A stretch of DNA of 64,000 bases. Source: Corallococcus sp. AB032C (GTDB lineage: Bacteria; Myxococcota; Myxococcia; Myxococcales; Myxococcaceae). The DNA lies in contig NZ_RAWP01000027.1 in assembly GCF_003668935.1 (NCBI RefSeq), positions 17,555-81,554 on the forward strand. Reading direction: 5' to 3'. Shown here piece by piece: positions 18,724 to 28,136 of the stretch (the first letter of the stretch is position 1; every line of letters starts with the position of its first letter). The notes below the pieces were generated by a model that did no database searches, was not told the origin of the DNA, and saw only the letters and a program-made list of their open reading frames with translations. The translations under genes were made by a program, and so were the position numbers.

Positions 18724-19305
18724 GGGGGCGCAGCGTAGACCAACGTCCGCCAGCGGTCTTCGCAGCCTGGATGCGGCCGGTGACTACACGACTCCGACGT
18801 CGGCCGGGTCCACCATGATGATGTGTCGAGTCCCTCCGAACAGGGGCACGCCAATGCGGGAAACGTTGAGAACAAGGACGCCGTCGCTCTCGATCTCCTC
18901 GATCGTGAAGACCTGACCGACACATGCCAGGAAGAGGCGCTGAATTCCCTACGAGCCATTCGTTCATGCAAGCACCAGGACATCCAGCCACCAGCCATTC
19001 CCAGGCGTGGGCACACGGATGGTTACGACTTTGTTCCGTCCGTACAGTCAAGACCATCGTGGTCCCACGACGGCGGACACGGATCATGCCTCAGGATGCT
19101 GCGTTTCAGCTCGCGTCCAAAGCCATCCTGGGACGTCTCCAATCCATAGCGCCGCAGACACGACGCGCAGAGCCCCACCCCGCCACGGGGTACTCATAGA
19201 CCCCGATCGGGTTTAGACAGACACCGCAGAACCCCACAACATGTCTGTCTTCATGCGTCCAAACTGATAGATCGCCCTTTCCTCTCACTTCGCCAGGAAC
19301 GTGCG

Positions 19306-21648
19306 ATGCGCCGACAAGCCACACCGCCTCGGGTTTTGTTTTACGCACTAATCAGCGCTGTCATTTCTGTCATGGCCTGCGACACGGGGGGCGAGCCGGA
19401 GCGGGAGACCGGCAACGTCCGGTTCGTCAGCGCGGTGCCCCAGGCGCTCGCGGGCGATGAGATCACCCGCGTGACCGTCACGCTGACGGCGTCCGGCGTG
19501 CCTTCCGCCACCACCGTGCTCACGAAGGGCACGGATGGCTGGAGCGGCACCATGTACCAAGTGCCCGCCGGCACCCAGCGCACCTTCACCGCGGAGGCCT
19601 TCGCCGCGGACGGCGCCCTGCGCTACCGGGGCGCGGCCTCGGACGTCACCATCACCGCGGGCACGACCTCCATCGTGGCCATCACCCTCCAGGCGCTGAA
19701 TGGCCCGGGCCCGTTCGACAACTCGGCCCCGTGCATCGACTCGCTCGTGGCATCCGCGAGCAGCATCCTCCCCGGGGGCTCCATCTCCCTCCAGGCCACG
19801 GCGCATGATCCGGATGCGTCCGACTCCATCACGTACGCCTGGACGGCGGCGGATGGCACCTTCGGTTCGCCCACGCTCACGTCCACGACCTGGACGGCGC
19901 CCGTGACCCCGGGCGTCTATGGGCTGACGTTGACGGTCATCGACTCGCGCGGCGCCACGGCGACCATCCGCATCGACATCACCGTCATCTCCAAGGACGG
20001 CGGCACCACGGCCGGCACCGCGGAGGTGTCCGTCACGTTCAACATCTCCCCCGCCGTCACCCGCGTCACCGCGTCCCGGTCCCCCGTGCCCGTGGGCCAG
20101 AGCACCACCGTCACCGCGGACGTGACGGATCCGGACGGCGACGCGCTGACCTACCAGTGGGCCGCGTCCTGCGCGGGCACCTGGACCGATGACACCTCCA
20201 ACGTCGCCTCCTTCACCCCGACCGCCGTGCCCGCTGGCGACTCGTGCGGCAACTGCGCGCTCACCGTCACCGTGAAGGATCCGAAGGGCGGCCAGACGCA
20301 GGGCACGCTGCGCATCTGCGTGGGCGACGGCGCGACCACCAACGTTCCCCCGCGCATCGTCCTCGCGCACCAGAGCAGCGCGTCCGTGGTGGGCGACAGC
20401 ACCGTGACGTTCCGCGTCCTCGCCGAGGACGGCAACGGTGGCGCCCTCACCTTCAACTGGGCCTCGAGCACCGGCACGCTCGCGGCGCCCTCGTCCGGGT
20501 TCACCTCCAGCGAGACCTCCTGGAAGGCCCCCACCTGCGCGCCCACCGGCGGGAACGCGACCGTCACCGCCACCGTCACCAACGCCCAGGGCTTCTCCGC
20601 GTCCCAGGCCTTCACCGTGGCGGTGCAGAACGCCCCCGCGTGCACGCCGCCCACCACGGTCGCGCGGTGGGACCTCACGGCCAGCATGACGCAGCGCCGC
20701 TTCGGTGCGAGCCTCATCCCCCTGGCCTCCGGGAAGATCCTCGTCTTCGGCGGGACGATTTCCTCCACCGCCCTGGGCACCGCGGAGCTCTACGATCCCG
20801 CGACGGGGACCTGGTCTTCCGCTGGAACGCTGGGCACCGCGCACTACAACCCCGCGGTGACACTGCTGCCCTCTGGCAAGGTCATGGTCACGGGCGGCTT
20901 CGTGGCGTACCCGGCCAGCACCGCGCTGCGCGCCGTGGAGTTCTATGATCCCGCGACCAACACCTGGACGGCTGGCCCGCAGATGGGCTTCGCGCGCGGC
21001 GCCCATACCTCGACGCTACTGCCCAACGGCAAGGTCCTGGTCATCGGCGGCGTCACCACGGGCGACACCGTCAGCAACCGCTCCATCGAGCTCTACGACC
21101 CCGCCACGAACAGCTGGGTGCCGGTGGCGAGCCCGACCTATGCCCGGTCCAACCACCGCGCGGTCCTGCTGCCGTCGGGCAAGGTGCTCACCGTGGGCGG
21201 CAACCTGCCGTCGGAGATCTACGATCCGTCCAACAACACCTGGAGCACCGCCACCGGCCTGACGACGCGGACCTTCACCGACGCCTTCCTCCAGCCGTCT
21301 GGCAAGGTCGTCCTGGTGGATGGGACGCTGGTCGCGACGTACGACCCGGTGCTCAACGTCCAGGCCACGCTGGGCAACTTCACCTACGAGCGCGCCAGCT
21401 CATCCCTGGTCCGGCTGAACTCCGGGAAGCTGCTGCTCGCGGGCGGGAACTCCACGGTGGGCCTGACGACGGAGGTCTTCGACCTTTCAACCGGTACCTC
21501 CGCGTTCTCCACCAGCATGGCGTCCAACCGCTACCTGATGGCCACCACCGTGCTTCCCAGCGGCAAGGTGCTCTTCATCAGCGGCTATGACCGGGACGAC
21601 GGAGCAACCGTCAGCGCCGTCCTCGTCTACACGCCCGCGAGCCCCTGA
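19306..21648 (+). CDS. Lipoprotein with Ig-like/PKD-type domains and C-terminal Kelch-repeat beta-propeller
   Basis: Seen: lipobox (VISVMAC), repeated Ig-like segments rich in T/S/A, then 6-7 Kelch-like blades (LLPSGKVLV.GG, YDP.TNTW). Confidence 0.75.
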   Translation: MRRQATPPRVLFYALISAVISVMACDTGGEPERETGNVRFVSAVPQALAGDEITRVTVTLTASGVPSATTVLTKGTDGWSGTMYQVPAGTQRTFTAEAFAADGALRYRGAASDVTITAGTTSIVAITLQALNGPGPFDNSAPCIDSLVASASSILPGGSISLQATAHDPDASDSITYAWTAADGTFGSPTLTSTTWTAPVTPGVYGLTLTVIDSRGATATIRIDITVISKDGGTTAGTAEVSVTFNISPAVTRVTASRSPVPVGQSTTVTADVTDPDGDALTYQWAASCAGTWTDDTSNVASFTPTAVPAGDSCGNCALTVTVKDPKGGQTQGTLRICVGDGATTNVPPRIVLAHQSSASVVGDSTVTFRVLAEDGNGGALTFNWASSTGTLAAPSSGFTSSETSWKAPTCAPTGGNATVTATVTNAQGFSASQAFTVAVQNAPACTPPTTVARWDLTASMTQRRFGASLIPLASGKILVFGGTISSTALGTAELYDPATGTWSSAGTLGTAHYNPAVTLLPSGKVMVTGGFVAYPASTALRAVEFYDPATNTWTAGPQMGFARGAHTSTLLPNGKVLVIGGVTTGDTVSNRSIELYDPATNSWVPVASPTYARSNHRAVLLPSGKVLTVGGNLPSEIYDPSNNTWSTATGLTTRTFTDAFLQPSGKVVLVDGTLVATYDPVLNVQATLGNFTYERASSSLVRLNSGKLLLAGGNSTVGLTTEVFDLSTGTSAFSTSMASNRYLMATTVLPSGKVLFISGYDRDDGATVSAVLVYTPASP

Positions 21649-21735
21649 AGTCCACCTGAAACTCAGTTGAGGAGCGGTCGGACCCACACAGGTCCGGCCG
21701 CTCCGGGCATTGCGGCGCCGCGCGATTGAGCGAGG

Positions 21736-22566
21736 ATGCGGCCCATGTCCAACCTCCAAGGCAAGACCCTCTTCATCACCGGCGCCAGCCGCGGCATCGG
21801 CAAGGCCATCGCGCTGCGCGCGGCCCGCGACGGCGCCAACATCGTCATCGCCGCGAAAACCACGGACCCGCACCCCAAGCTGCCCGGCACCATCTACACG
21901 GCGGCGAAGGAGATTGAAGAGGCCGGCGGCAAGGCGCTCCCCTGCGTGGTGGACATCCGCGACGAGGCGCAGATCCAAGCCGCCGTCGCCAAGGCCGTGG
22001 AGACCTTCGGCGGCATCGACATCCTGGTGAACAACGCCAGCGCCATCAGCCTCACCGGCACGCTGGAGACGCCGCTCAAGCGCTTCGACCTGATGCACGG
22101 CATCAACACGCGCGGCACCTTCGCGTGCTCGCAGGCGTGCATCCCGTACCTCAAGAAGTCCTCCAACCCGCACATCCTCAACAACTCGCCGCCGCTCAAC
22201 ATGGAGCCGCGCTGGTTCGGCCCCCACGTGGCCTACACCATCGCGAAGTACGGCATGAGCCTGTGCGCGCTGGGCATGGCGGAGGAGCTCAAGGACGACG
22301 GCATCGCCGTCAACACGCTGTGGCCCCGCACCGTCATCGCCACCGCCGCCGTGCAGAACCTGCTGGGCGGCGACGACACCATCAAAGGCAGCCGCACGCC
22401 GGAGATCATGGCGGACGCCGCGTACACCATCCTCACCAAGCCCAGCCGCTCCTTCACCGGCAACTTCTGCATCGACGATGAAGTGCTGCGCGCCGCCGGC
22501 ATCACCAACCTGGACAAGTACCAGTCCGTCCCCGGCGCGGAGCTGCTGCCCGACTTCTTCCTCTAG
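21736..22566 (+). CDS. Short-chain dehydrogenase/reductase (SDR) family oxidoreductase
   Basis: Seen: TGASRGIGKAIA cofactor motif, NNAS, and catalytic Y..K (YTIAKYGM). Confidence 0.85.
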   Translation: MRPMSNLQGKTLFITGASRGIGKAIALRAARDGANIVIAAKTTDPHPKLPGTIYTAAKEIEEAGGKALPCVVDIRDEAQIQAAVAKAVETFGGIDILVNNASAISLTGTLETPLKRFDLMHGINTRGTFACSQACIPYLKKSSNPHILNNSPPLNMEPRWFGPHVAYTIAKYGMSLCALGMAEELKDDGIAVNTLWPRTVIATAAVQNLLGGDDTIKGSRTPEIMADAAYTILTKPSRSFTGNFCIDDEVLRAAGITNLDKYQSVPGAELLPDFFL

Positions 22567-22580
22567 CGCGGCTCGGCCCC

Positions 22581-23501
22581 ATGCCCCCGCGCAAGCTCCA
22601 GCGACACCTGGTCTGGCTCGAGTCCTTCACCGCCGCCGTGGAGGCCGGCAGCATCGACGCCGCCGCGGAGCACCTGGGCGTCGCCCGCTCCGTCGTGAGC
22701 GAGCACATCCGCGCGCTGGAGGAAGCGCTCGCGGATGGCGCCGCCCTGCTGGAGCGGGGGCCGGGCCGGCGCCTGCAACTGTCCGCGCGTGGAGAGCGCC
22801 TCTACGCGGGCACCCAGACGCCGCTGCACCAGCTGGACGTGAAGCGGCTGATGGACCTGGCCCGAGTGGAGCCCACCCTGCGCCTGGGCCTCAACCCCAC
22901 GCTGTCCATGTCGCTGCTGGGCGGCATCGCGCAGGATGCCGCCGCCGCCGACCTCAAGCTGGTGGTGGGCTTCGGCGGCTCGCACGAACTCATGCGGCAG
23001 GTGCAGACGCGGCAGCAGGACCTGGCGCTCGACTTCACCCCCCTGCCCCCACACGAGGGCGTGGACACCGAGTCCCTGCTGCGCATGTCCTTCGTCGTCA
23101 TCGCGGGTCCCGACTCCGCGCTCGCCCGGGAGCACCCCTCCCGCCGCTCGCTGGACGTGAAGGACCTCCAGGGCCAGCGCTTCGTGGACTGGCTTCGAGA
23201 CGACCCCTACGGCGGCGCCAACAGCGCGCGCTTCGCCGCGCACGGCGTGTCCGTCACCGAGGTCGGCCGCGTGGAGAGCTTCCTCCACCTCTACGAGCTG
23301 CTGCGCGCCTACAAGGCCTGCACCATCGCCCCGGACGTACGCCCCACCCAGCCGTTCCCCACCGACCTCCACGTCTGGCCCCTGCGCGAACAGGAGCCCC
23401 AGGTCGTGGAGGTGGTAGCCGTCTGGCCCTCCGGAGGCCTCAGCCCCGCCGTCCAATCCATCCTTGACGGGCTGCGTCGCCGCCTGAACAAACGGCGATA
23501 A
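22581..23501 (+). CDS. LysR-family transcriptional regulator
   Basis: Seen: N-terminal HTH (LESFTAAVEAGSIDAAAEHLGVARSVVSEHIRALEEAL) and a C-terminal substrate-binding-like region. Confidence 0.75.
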   Translation: MPPRKLQRHLVWLESFTAAVEAGSIDAAAEHLGVARSVVSEHIRALEEALADGAALLERGPGRRLQLSARGERLYAGTQTPLHQLDVKRLMDLARVEPTLRLGLNPTLSMSLLGGIAQDAAAADLKLVVGFGGSHELMRQVQTRQQDLALDFTPLPPHEGVDTESLLRMSFVVIAGPDSALAREHPSRRSLDVKDLQGQRFVDWLRDDPYGGANSARFAAHGVSVTEVGRVESFLHLYELLRAYKACTIAPDVRPTQPFPTDLHVWPLREQEPQVVEVVAVWPSGGLSPAVQSILDGLRRRLNKRR

Positions 23502-23594
23502 TCCGACGAAGACGTCGAATTCTGCCGGATTTCCGTCTTGCAGTGGGGTGGGTATTCTTCAGGAGTCCTGCATCTCCTGAAGGAGCCGCTCGCG

Positions 23595-25190
23595 ATGACA
23601 CCCACGGAACGGACCATTGCCCGCCTTCCCGCCCACCTGCGCCGCTACGTGGTGGGCCAGGACTACGCGGCGTACACGCCCAGGGATCAGGCGGTGTGGC
23701 GGCACATCCTGGGGCAGCTGCGCGAGCACCTGAGCGACAAGGCGCACCCCGTCTACCTGGAGGGCCTGGAAGCCACGGGCATTGGCGCGGAGGCCATCCC
23801 CAGCCTGGACGAGATGAACGAGAAGCTGTCCAAGCTGGGCTGGTCCTGCGTGGCGGTGCGCGGCTTCATCCCGCCGGCCGTCTTCACGGAGCTGCAGGCG
23901 CAGGGCGTGCTGGCCATCGCGGCGGACATCCGCACGCACGAGCACATCCAGTACACGCCCGCGCCGGACATCGTCCATGAGAGCGCGGGCCACGCCCCCA
24001 TCATCGCGAACGCGCGTTACGCGCAGTACCTCAAGGCCGTGGGGCTGGTGGGCTTCAAGGCCATCGCCAGCGTGGAGGACCAGGCCGTCTTCGAGGCCAT
24101 CCGCAACCTCTCCGTGGTGAAGGAGGACCCCACCGCGACGGAGGAGGAGATTTCCCACGCCCAGGCCCGCCTGGAGGCCGCCAACGCCAGCCACCGCTAC
24201 ATCAGCGAGAGCACCCGCGCGAGCCGCCTGTACTGGTGGACCGCGGAGTACGGGCTGATTGGCGACCTGAAGCACCCGCGCATCTACGGCGCGGGCCTGC
24301 TGTCCAGCATTGGCGAGGCCCGGCACTGCCTGACGTCCGCCGTGCACAAGCTGTCCCTGGGCGTGGCGTGCGCGGACACGGACTACGACATCACCCGCAT
24401 GCAGCCGCAGCTCTTCGTGGCGCGCGACTTCGAGCACCTCTTCGAGGTCCTGGCCGAGTTCGAGTCCACGCTCGCGTGGAAGCGCGGCGGAGACCTGGGC
24501 CTCAACGAGGCGCTGCGCGCGCGCACGGTCAACCACCTGGTGCTCGCGGACGGCCGCGAGGTGACGGGCAAGGTGGTGGAGCTGCTGCCCGCCGCGAAGG
24601 ACGTGGCCCCGGGCCTGTCCACCGCGCTGGCCCGGCTGGAGGGCCCCATCCTCACGTCCATGAACGGGCACGCCGTGGACATGCCGTTCAGCGGCGCGGC
24701 GCTGGTCGCCTTTGGCCAGGGCACCCTGCCGGAGCGCGGGAGCTTCACGCTCACGCTCGACAGCGGGCTGGTGCTGGAGGGCTTCGCGGTGGGCGGCGGA
24801 GAAGTGATTGCCCTGCGCGGCACGCTGGCCGGCCAGGAGCTGACGCTGCCGTCCATGGCGCGCCTGTACCTGACGGAGCGGCTGCCGTCCGTGGCGGGCG
24901 GCCCCGCCGACCCGGGCACGTGGGACGAGTGGTTCGGGGAGATGGACGCCTTCACCGCGGGCGACGGCGAGGCCCAGGCGCGCGAGCGCAAGGCGCAGGC
25001 CCTGCCCCCGTCGCTGGCCGCCCTCTACACGGAGGTGCGCCGCATCCGCGAGACGGGGCAGCTGGCCGCCGAGCGGCTGGAGCAGATCGCCCGCGCGTCC
25101 ACGGACTTCCCCACCGACTGGCTCCTGCGCGCCGAGGTCGCGGAGCTGCGCGGCGAGGTGCCCGCGCGGCGCGAGGCGGCGCAGGCGTAG
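23595..25190 (+). CDS. phhA: Biopterin-dependent aromatic amino acid hydroxylase (phenylalanine-4-hydroxylase-like) with ~250-aa C-terminal extension
   Basis: Seen: iron-binding motifs PDIVHESAGHAPI and YGAGLLSSIGE, plus YWWTAEYGLI. GGAG precedes the ATG at 23595 (the ORF opens at 23538). The extension beyond about residue 290 has no recognisable family. Confidence 0.75.
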   Translation: MTPTERTIARLPAHLRRYVVGQDYAAYTPRDQAVWRHILGQLREHLSDKAHPVYLEGLEATGIGAEAIPSLDEMNEKLSKLGWSCVAVRGFIPPAVFTELQAQGVLAIAADIRTHEHIQYTPAPDIVHESAGHAPIIANARYAQYLKAVGLVGFKAIASVEDQAVFEAIRNLSVVKEDPTATEEEISHAQARLEAANASHRYISESTRASRLYWWTAEYGLIGDLKHPRIYGAGLLSSIGEARHCLTSAVHKLSLGVACADTDYDITRMQPQLFVARDFEHLFEVLAEFESTLAWKRGGDLGLNEALRARTVNHLVLADGREVTGKVVELLPAAKDVAPGLSTALARLEGPILTSMNGHAVDMPFSGAALVAFGQGTLPERGSFTLTLDSGLVLEGFAVGGGEVIALRGTLAGQELTLPSMARLYLTERLPSVAGGPADPGTWDEWFGEMDAFTAGDGEAQARERKAQALPPSLAALYTEVRRIRETGQLAAERLEQIARASTDFPTDWLLRAEVAELRGEVPARREAAQA

Positions 25191-25229
25191 GGCCCGGTGC
25201 TTCGAATCACAGACGGATGACGCGCAAAC

Positions 25230-25263
25230 GGCCCGGTCGACCTCTTCACGAGGTCGCCGGGCC
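25230..25263. terminator. Bidirectional hairpin terminator between convergent genes
   Basis: Seen: near-perfect inverted repeat GGCCCGGTCGACCTC-TTCAC-GAGGTCGCCGGGCC. Confidence 0.45.
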
Positions 25264-25294
25264 GAATCACTTCCAGGGGCTTTCGCCGCCGGGA

Positions 25295-26908
25295 CTACTT
25301 GTTGATGCGCACCATGGCCACGTCGTAGTGGCGCTCGGTCACGTAGCCGTTCGCGGCCTTGCCGGGGCGGTACATGTTCCCGGTCTTGTCATCCACGTAG
25401 AAGCGGTTGTTCGGGTTCGTGTCCTTGCCCGTGCTGGCGTTCTTCGTGCCCGGGTCGTGGAACGTGTAGTAGGTGCGGCCCTTGTCGTCGACGCCGCGGC
25501 CCGTGATGGTCACGAAGTGGTCCGTGAGGCCGTCCGCGTTGTAGCTCGCGTCCTTGTGGCTCACGCCGACGACCACCGGCTTGCCGGCCTCCAGCTGCTT
25601 GTCGATGTAGCTGCGGCCCTCGGCGGCCTTCTTCGAGTCCACGTTGAGCGCGCCGACGCCGTTCTCGCTCTTGCCCACCTGGATGCGGCGGTCGGGGCCC
25701 AGCACGGTCGCGCCGGAGTCACGCGCCATCGCCGTCGCGGCCTTGAAGCACGCCGTGTCGCTCGCGGTGTAGCCGTGGCCGTTCTCGAACTGGCTGTAGT
25801 ACGGCACCTTCACGTGCACCGCCGGCTTGTCCTTGGACGGGGCCACCTGCTCCGTGTTCGCGGGGGCCGCCTCCGTGGTGGGCTTGGAGGTGTTCGTGCC
25901 CTGCGTCGTGGGCTTGCCTTCCGTGGTGCCCGGCTTCGAACCGTTGTTCACGGACGGGGGAACCACGCCCGTGTTGGTGTTGGCCGGCTTCGTCGTGGTG
26001 CCCGACTTCTCCTGCTTCAGCATCGCGAGGGCGTCCTTCGCCTCCGACTTGAAGCGGTTGGCCACGCCCTTCTGCACATCCTTGGAGCTGCCGGAGAAGT
26101 GCACCAGGGTGCCGCTGGCGTTGGTGCGGCCGCGCTCGGCGTAGATGTCCTTGATGAGCTGCTCGTCGCTCACCTTCGCGGGGTCGCGCCCGTTGAGCGC
26201 CTTCTTGAAGATGTCGTCCGCCTTGCCCGGGCCGTGCTGCACGGAGGTGGACCAGGCCACGTCCCGCAGCGCCGCGGAGCGCTTGTCCAGGTCGATGCCC
26301 GTCGCCTTCTTGATGTTGGCGGCGCCCGCGTCGTAGTGCGTGGTCTTGATGTAGTCGTGCTGCGCCTTGTCGAAGCCCTTCGGGTCCTTCGCGGCCAGCT
26401 GCTTCCACGCGGCGGAGAACTCCGCGGTGCCCGGCTTGCTGCCCGACAGCGCCTTGTGGAACTCCGGGTTCGTCTTCTTCAGCGAGTTGACGAACGACTG
26501 CGCGGACCCGTTCGCGGAGGCGAACTGGTAGGAGCCGTAGGACACGCCGCCCTTGTCACCCTTGCCCGTGGACACGGTGCCGGGGCCGCGAGCCTCATAC
26601 TTGCGGCTCAGCCCGCCCAGCTCCCCGTTGGTCGCGCTGCTGGATGACGTGTTCGTCGCGGGCGTCGTCGCCTTCGCGCCGTCCGTGGACTGCGTGAAGC
26701 TGTCGCCCGACGTCTTCGTCCCCGCGCTCGACTTGTTGGTGCCCTTCGTGTCGAAGCCGTCCTGCACCTTCAGCGTCTGGCCAGCCAGGATCTTGTTCGG
26801 ATCCTTGATGTTGTTCGCCTTGGCCAGCGCGTCAACGGTGGTGTTGTAGCGCTTCGCGAGGCCGGAAAGCGTGTCACCCGACTGGATGCGAACGTTGGAG
26901 ACGGTCAC
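25295..26908 (-). CDS. LysM-domain protein with central unknown domain and C-terminal C39-like (papain-fold) peptidase domain; putative cell-wall hydrolase
   Basis: Seen: LysM ([43 protein letters not shown]). C-terminal VPYYSQ...[12 protein letters not shown]...DHFVTITG resembles Peptidase_C39_2. Preferred start is GTG at 26908, preceded by GAGGGG. The 105 nt further upstream to ATG 27013 are markedly lower in GC. Confidence 0.6.
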   Translation of the reverse strand: MTVSNVRIQSGDTLSGLAKRYNTTVDALAKANNIKDPNKILAGQTLKVQDGFDTKGTNKSSAGTKTSGDSFTQSTDGAKATTPATNTSSSSATNGELGGLSRKYEARGPGTVSTGKGDKGGVSYGSYQFASANGSAQSFVNSLKKTNPEFHKALSGSKPGTAEFSAAWKQLAAKDPKGFDKAQHDYIKTTHYDAGAANIKKATGIDLDKRSAALRDVAWSTSVQHGPGKADDIFKKALNGRDPAKVSDEQLIKDIYAERGRTNASGTLVHFSGSSKDVQKGVANRFKSEAKDALAMLKQEKSGTTTKPANTNTGVVPPSVNNGSKPGTTEGKPTTQGTNTSKPTTEAAPANTEQVAPSKDKPAVHVKVPYYSQFENGHGYTASDTACFKAATAMARDSGATVLGPDRRIQVGKSENGVGALNVDSKKAAEGRSYIDKQLEAGKPVVVGVSHKDASYNADGLTDHFVTITGRGVDDKGRTYYTFHDPGTKNASTGKDTNPNNRFYVDDKTGNMYRPGKAANGYVTERHYDVAMVRINK

Positions 26909-27101
26909 GGAGAAGACCCCTCTATGTCTGGCCGCGACCAAAGGCGCCGCGGACGTGCTTGGATTGACCGGATTATCGAAAGGCAATGCGATCAGTTTCG
27001 CATTCCCAGTCACAATCGCGTGAAACCAGTGATTCCAGTAACTTCAGTTTCAGCGGATCGATCCGCTGAGGCTGAAGAACCTGCCCAGGAGGACCAGTCC
27101 G

Positions 27102-28136
27102 ATGTCCAGGATCCAACCGGAATTCAAAAGTTTGGCATTGCTGTTTGCCATTTGCGTCACGAGCGCGGTCCCGGACGCCTCGGCTCAGGGGTCCGAGGGA
27201 CTCACGGGGGTCTATTCGAACAAGGGCGGGACGCTCGCCATCGTCGAGGGCAGCAACGAGACGCTCGTGCACTTCTCGGGCTCGTTCCCGCAGGGCAGCA
27301 GCGCGGGCACCTGCGATTGCGCTTTGGTCGTCCAGAAGAAGACAGTCACGAATTGGTCACTTCATCAGGCGGGTGAGGAAGACGCCTGGACGCTGCGCGT
27401 CAATCCCAAGCAATTCGTCCTGGAGTCGGGTCCGTCACCGTCCTGTTGCGGCGCCGGCTACTCAGGCAAGGACACGTTCGCCCGGAGCACCTCCAAGCCA
27501 CTGAGCATCTGCAAGGTGAAGGTGTCCAAGGCGGTCTTCCACGCGTCTGACGCGGCCAACACGCCGCGCAAGGCGTTCGTGGTGTCTGGCGACGCGGTGG
27601 AGGCCTACGTCGACCCGGTGGAGCCGGACTTCCTCGCCGCGCGCTTCCAGGGCCCCCAGAAGGCCACGGCGGGGCTGCTCAAGCGCGAGGACCTGGACTG
27701 CGCGGCGGAAGGCGCGCCCACGGCCGCGAAGGCTCCCGTGGCCGCGGACAAGCTCCAGCCCTTCGCGGGGACGTGGGTGGAGTTGACGCGCCAGGGCAAG
27801 GGCTTCGTGGTGCTCAAGCCCTGCTCGGCCGCGACGCGCAGCTTCACCGTCAAGCCCGCGACGGGTGAGGTGGAGGTGCAGTTGGGGCAGGAGGCCACGA
27901 CGATGAAGGTGACATCCGTGGAGGCCGGCAAGGGCACCGGGACCTGGGTGCTGGGGCTCACGGCCGCAGACGGCAAGCCGGAGGCGCTCCAGTGGAAGAC
28001 GGCCGACGCCGCCAAGGGCACCGTGACCGTGAACAGCCCGGACCTCTTCTCCCAGAGCCACGACTACGTGCGCCAGGAGAAGAAGTCCGCCTTCCCGTCC
28101 AAGCAGGAGACGGGGTGCGACGAGTTCGAGCGCTAA
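27102..28136 (+). CDS. Secreted hypothetical protein
   Basis: Seen: signal peptide (LALLFAICVTSAVPDASAQ), 344 aa, several Cys pairs, no recognised domain. Confidence 0.6.
   Translation: MSRIQPEFKSLALLFAICVTSAVPDASAQGSEGLTGVYSNKGGTLAIVEGSNETLVHFSGSFPQGSSAGTCDCALVVQKKTVTNWSLHQAGEEDAWTLRVNPKQFVLESGPSPSCCGAGYSGKDTFARSTSKPLSICKVKVSKAVFHASDAANTPRKAFVVSGDAVEAYVDPVEPDFLAARFQGPQKATAGLLKREDLDCAAEGAPTAAKAPVAADKLQPFAGTWVELTRQGKGFVVLKPCSAATRSFTVKPATGEVEVQLGQEATTMKVTSVEAGKGTGTWVLGLTAADGKPEALQWKTADAAKGTVTVNSPDLFSQSHDYVRQEKKSAFPSKQETGCDEFER

Noticed and set aside
18783-18938. Protein-like 52-codon minus-strand frame in the AT-richer intergenic region
   Set aside because: No canonical start codon lies between the flanking stops and the frame is below the size of a confident call. 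It is kept as a low-priority finding rather than a feature.
19348-21006. 552-aa ORF antisense to the PKD/Kelch lipoprotein gene
   Set aside because: Its composition is Arg/Gly/Ala-rich and low in complexity, as expected from the reverse strand of a GC3-biased gene. It has no motifs, whereas the sense strand has a signal peptide and Kelch repeats.
24236-26647. 803-aa plus-strand ORF crossing the 3' end of the hydroxylase gene and antisense to the LysM-peptidase gene
   Set aside because: It spans a convergent gene junction and a terminator hairpin, and its composition is Arg/Gly/Ala-dominated. It is spurious.
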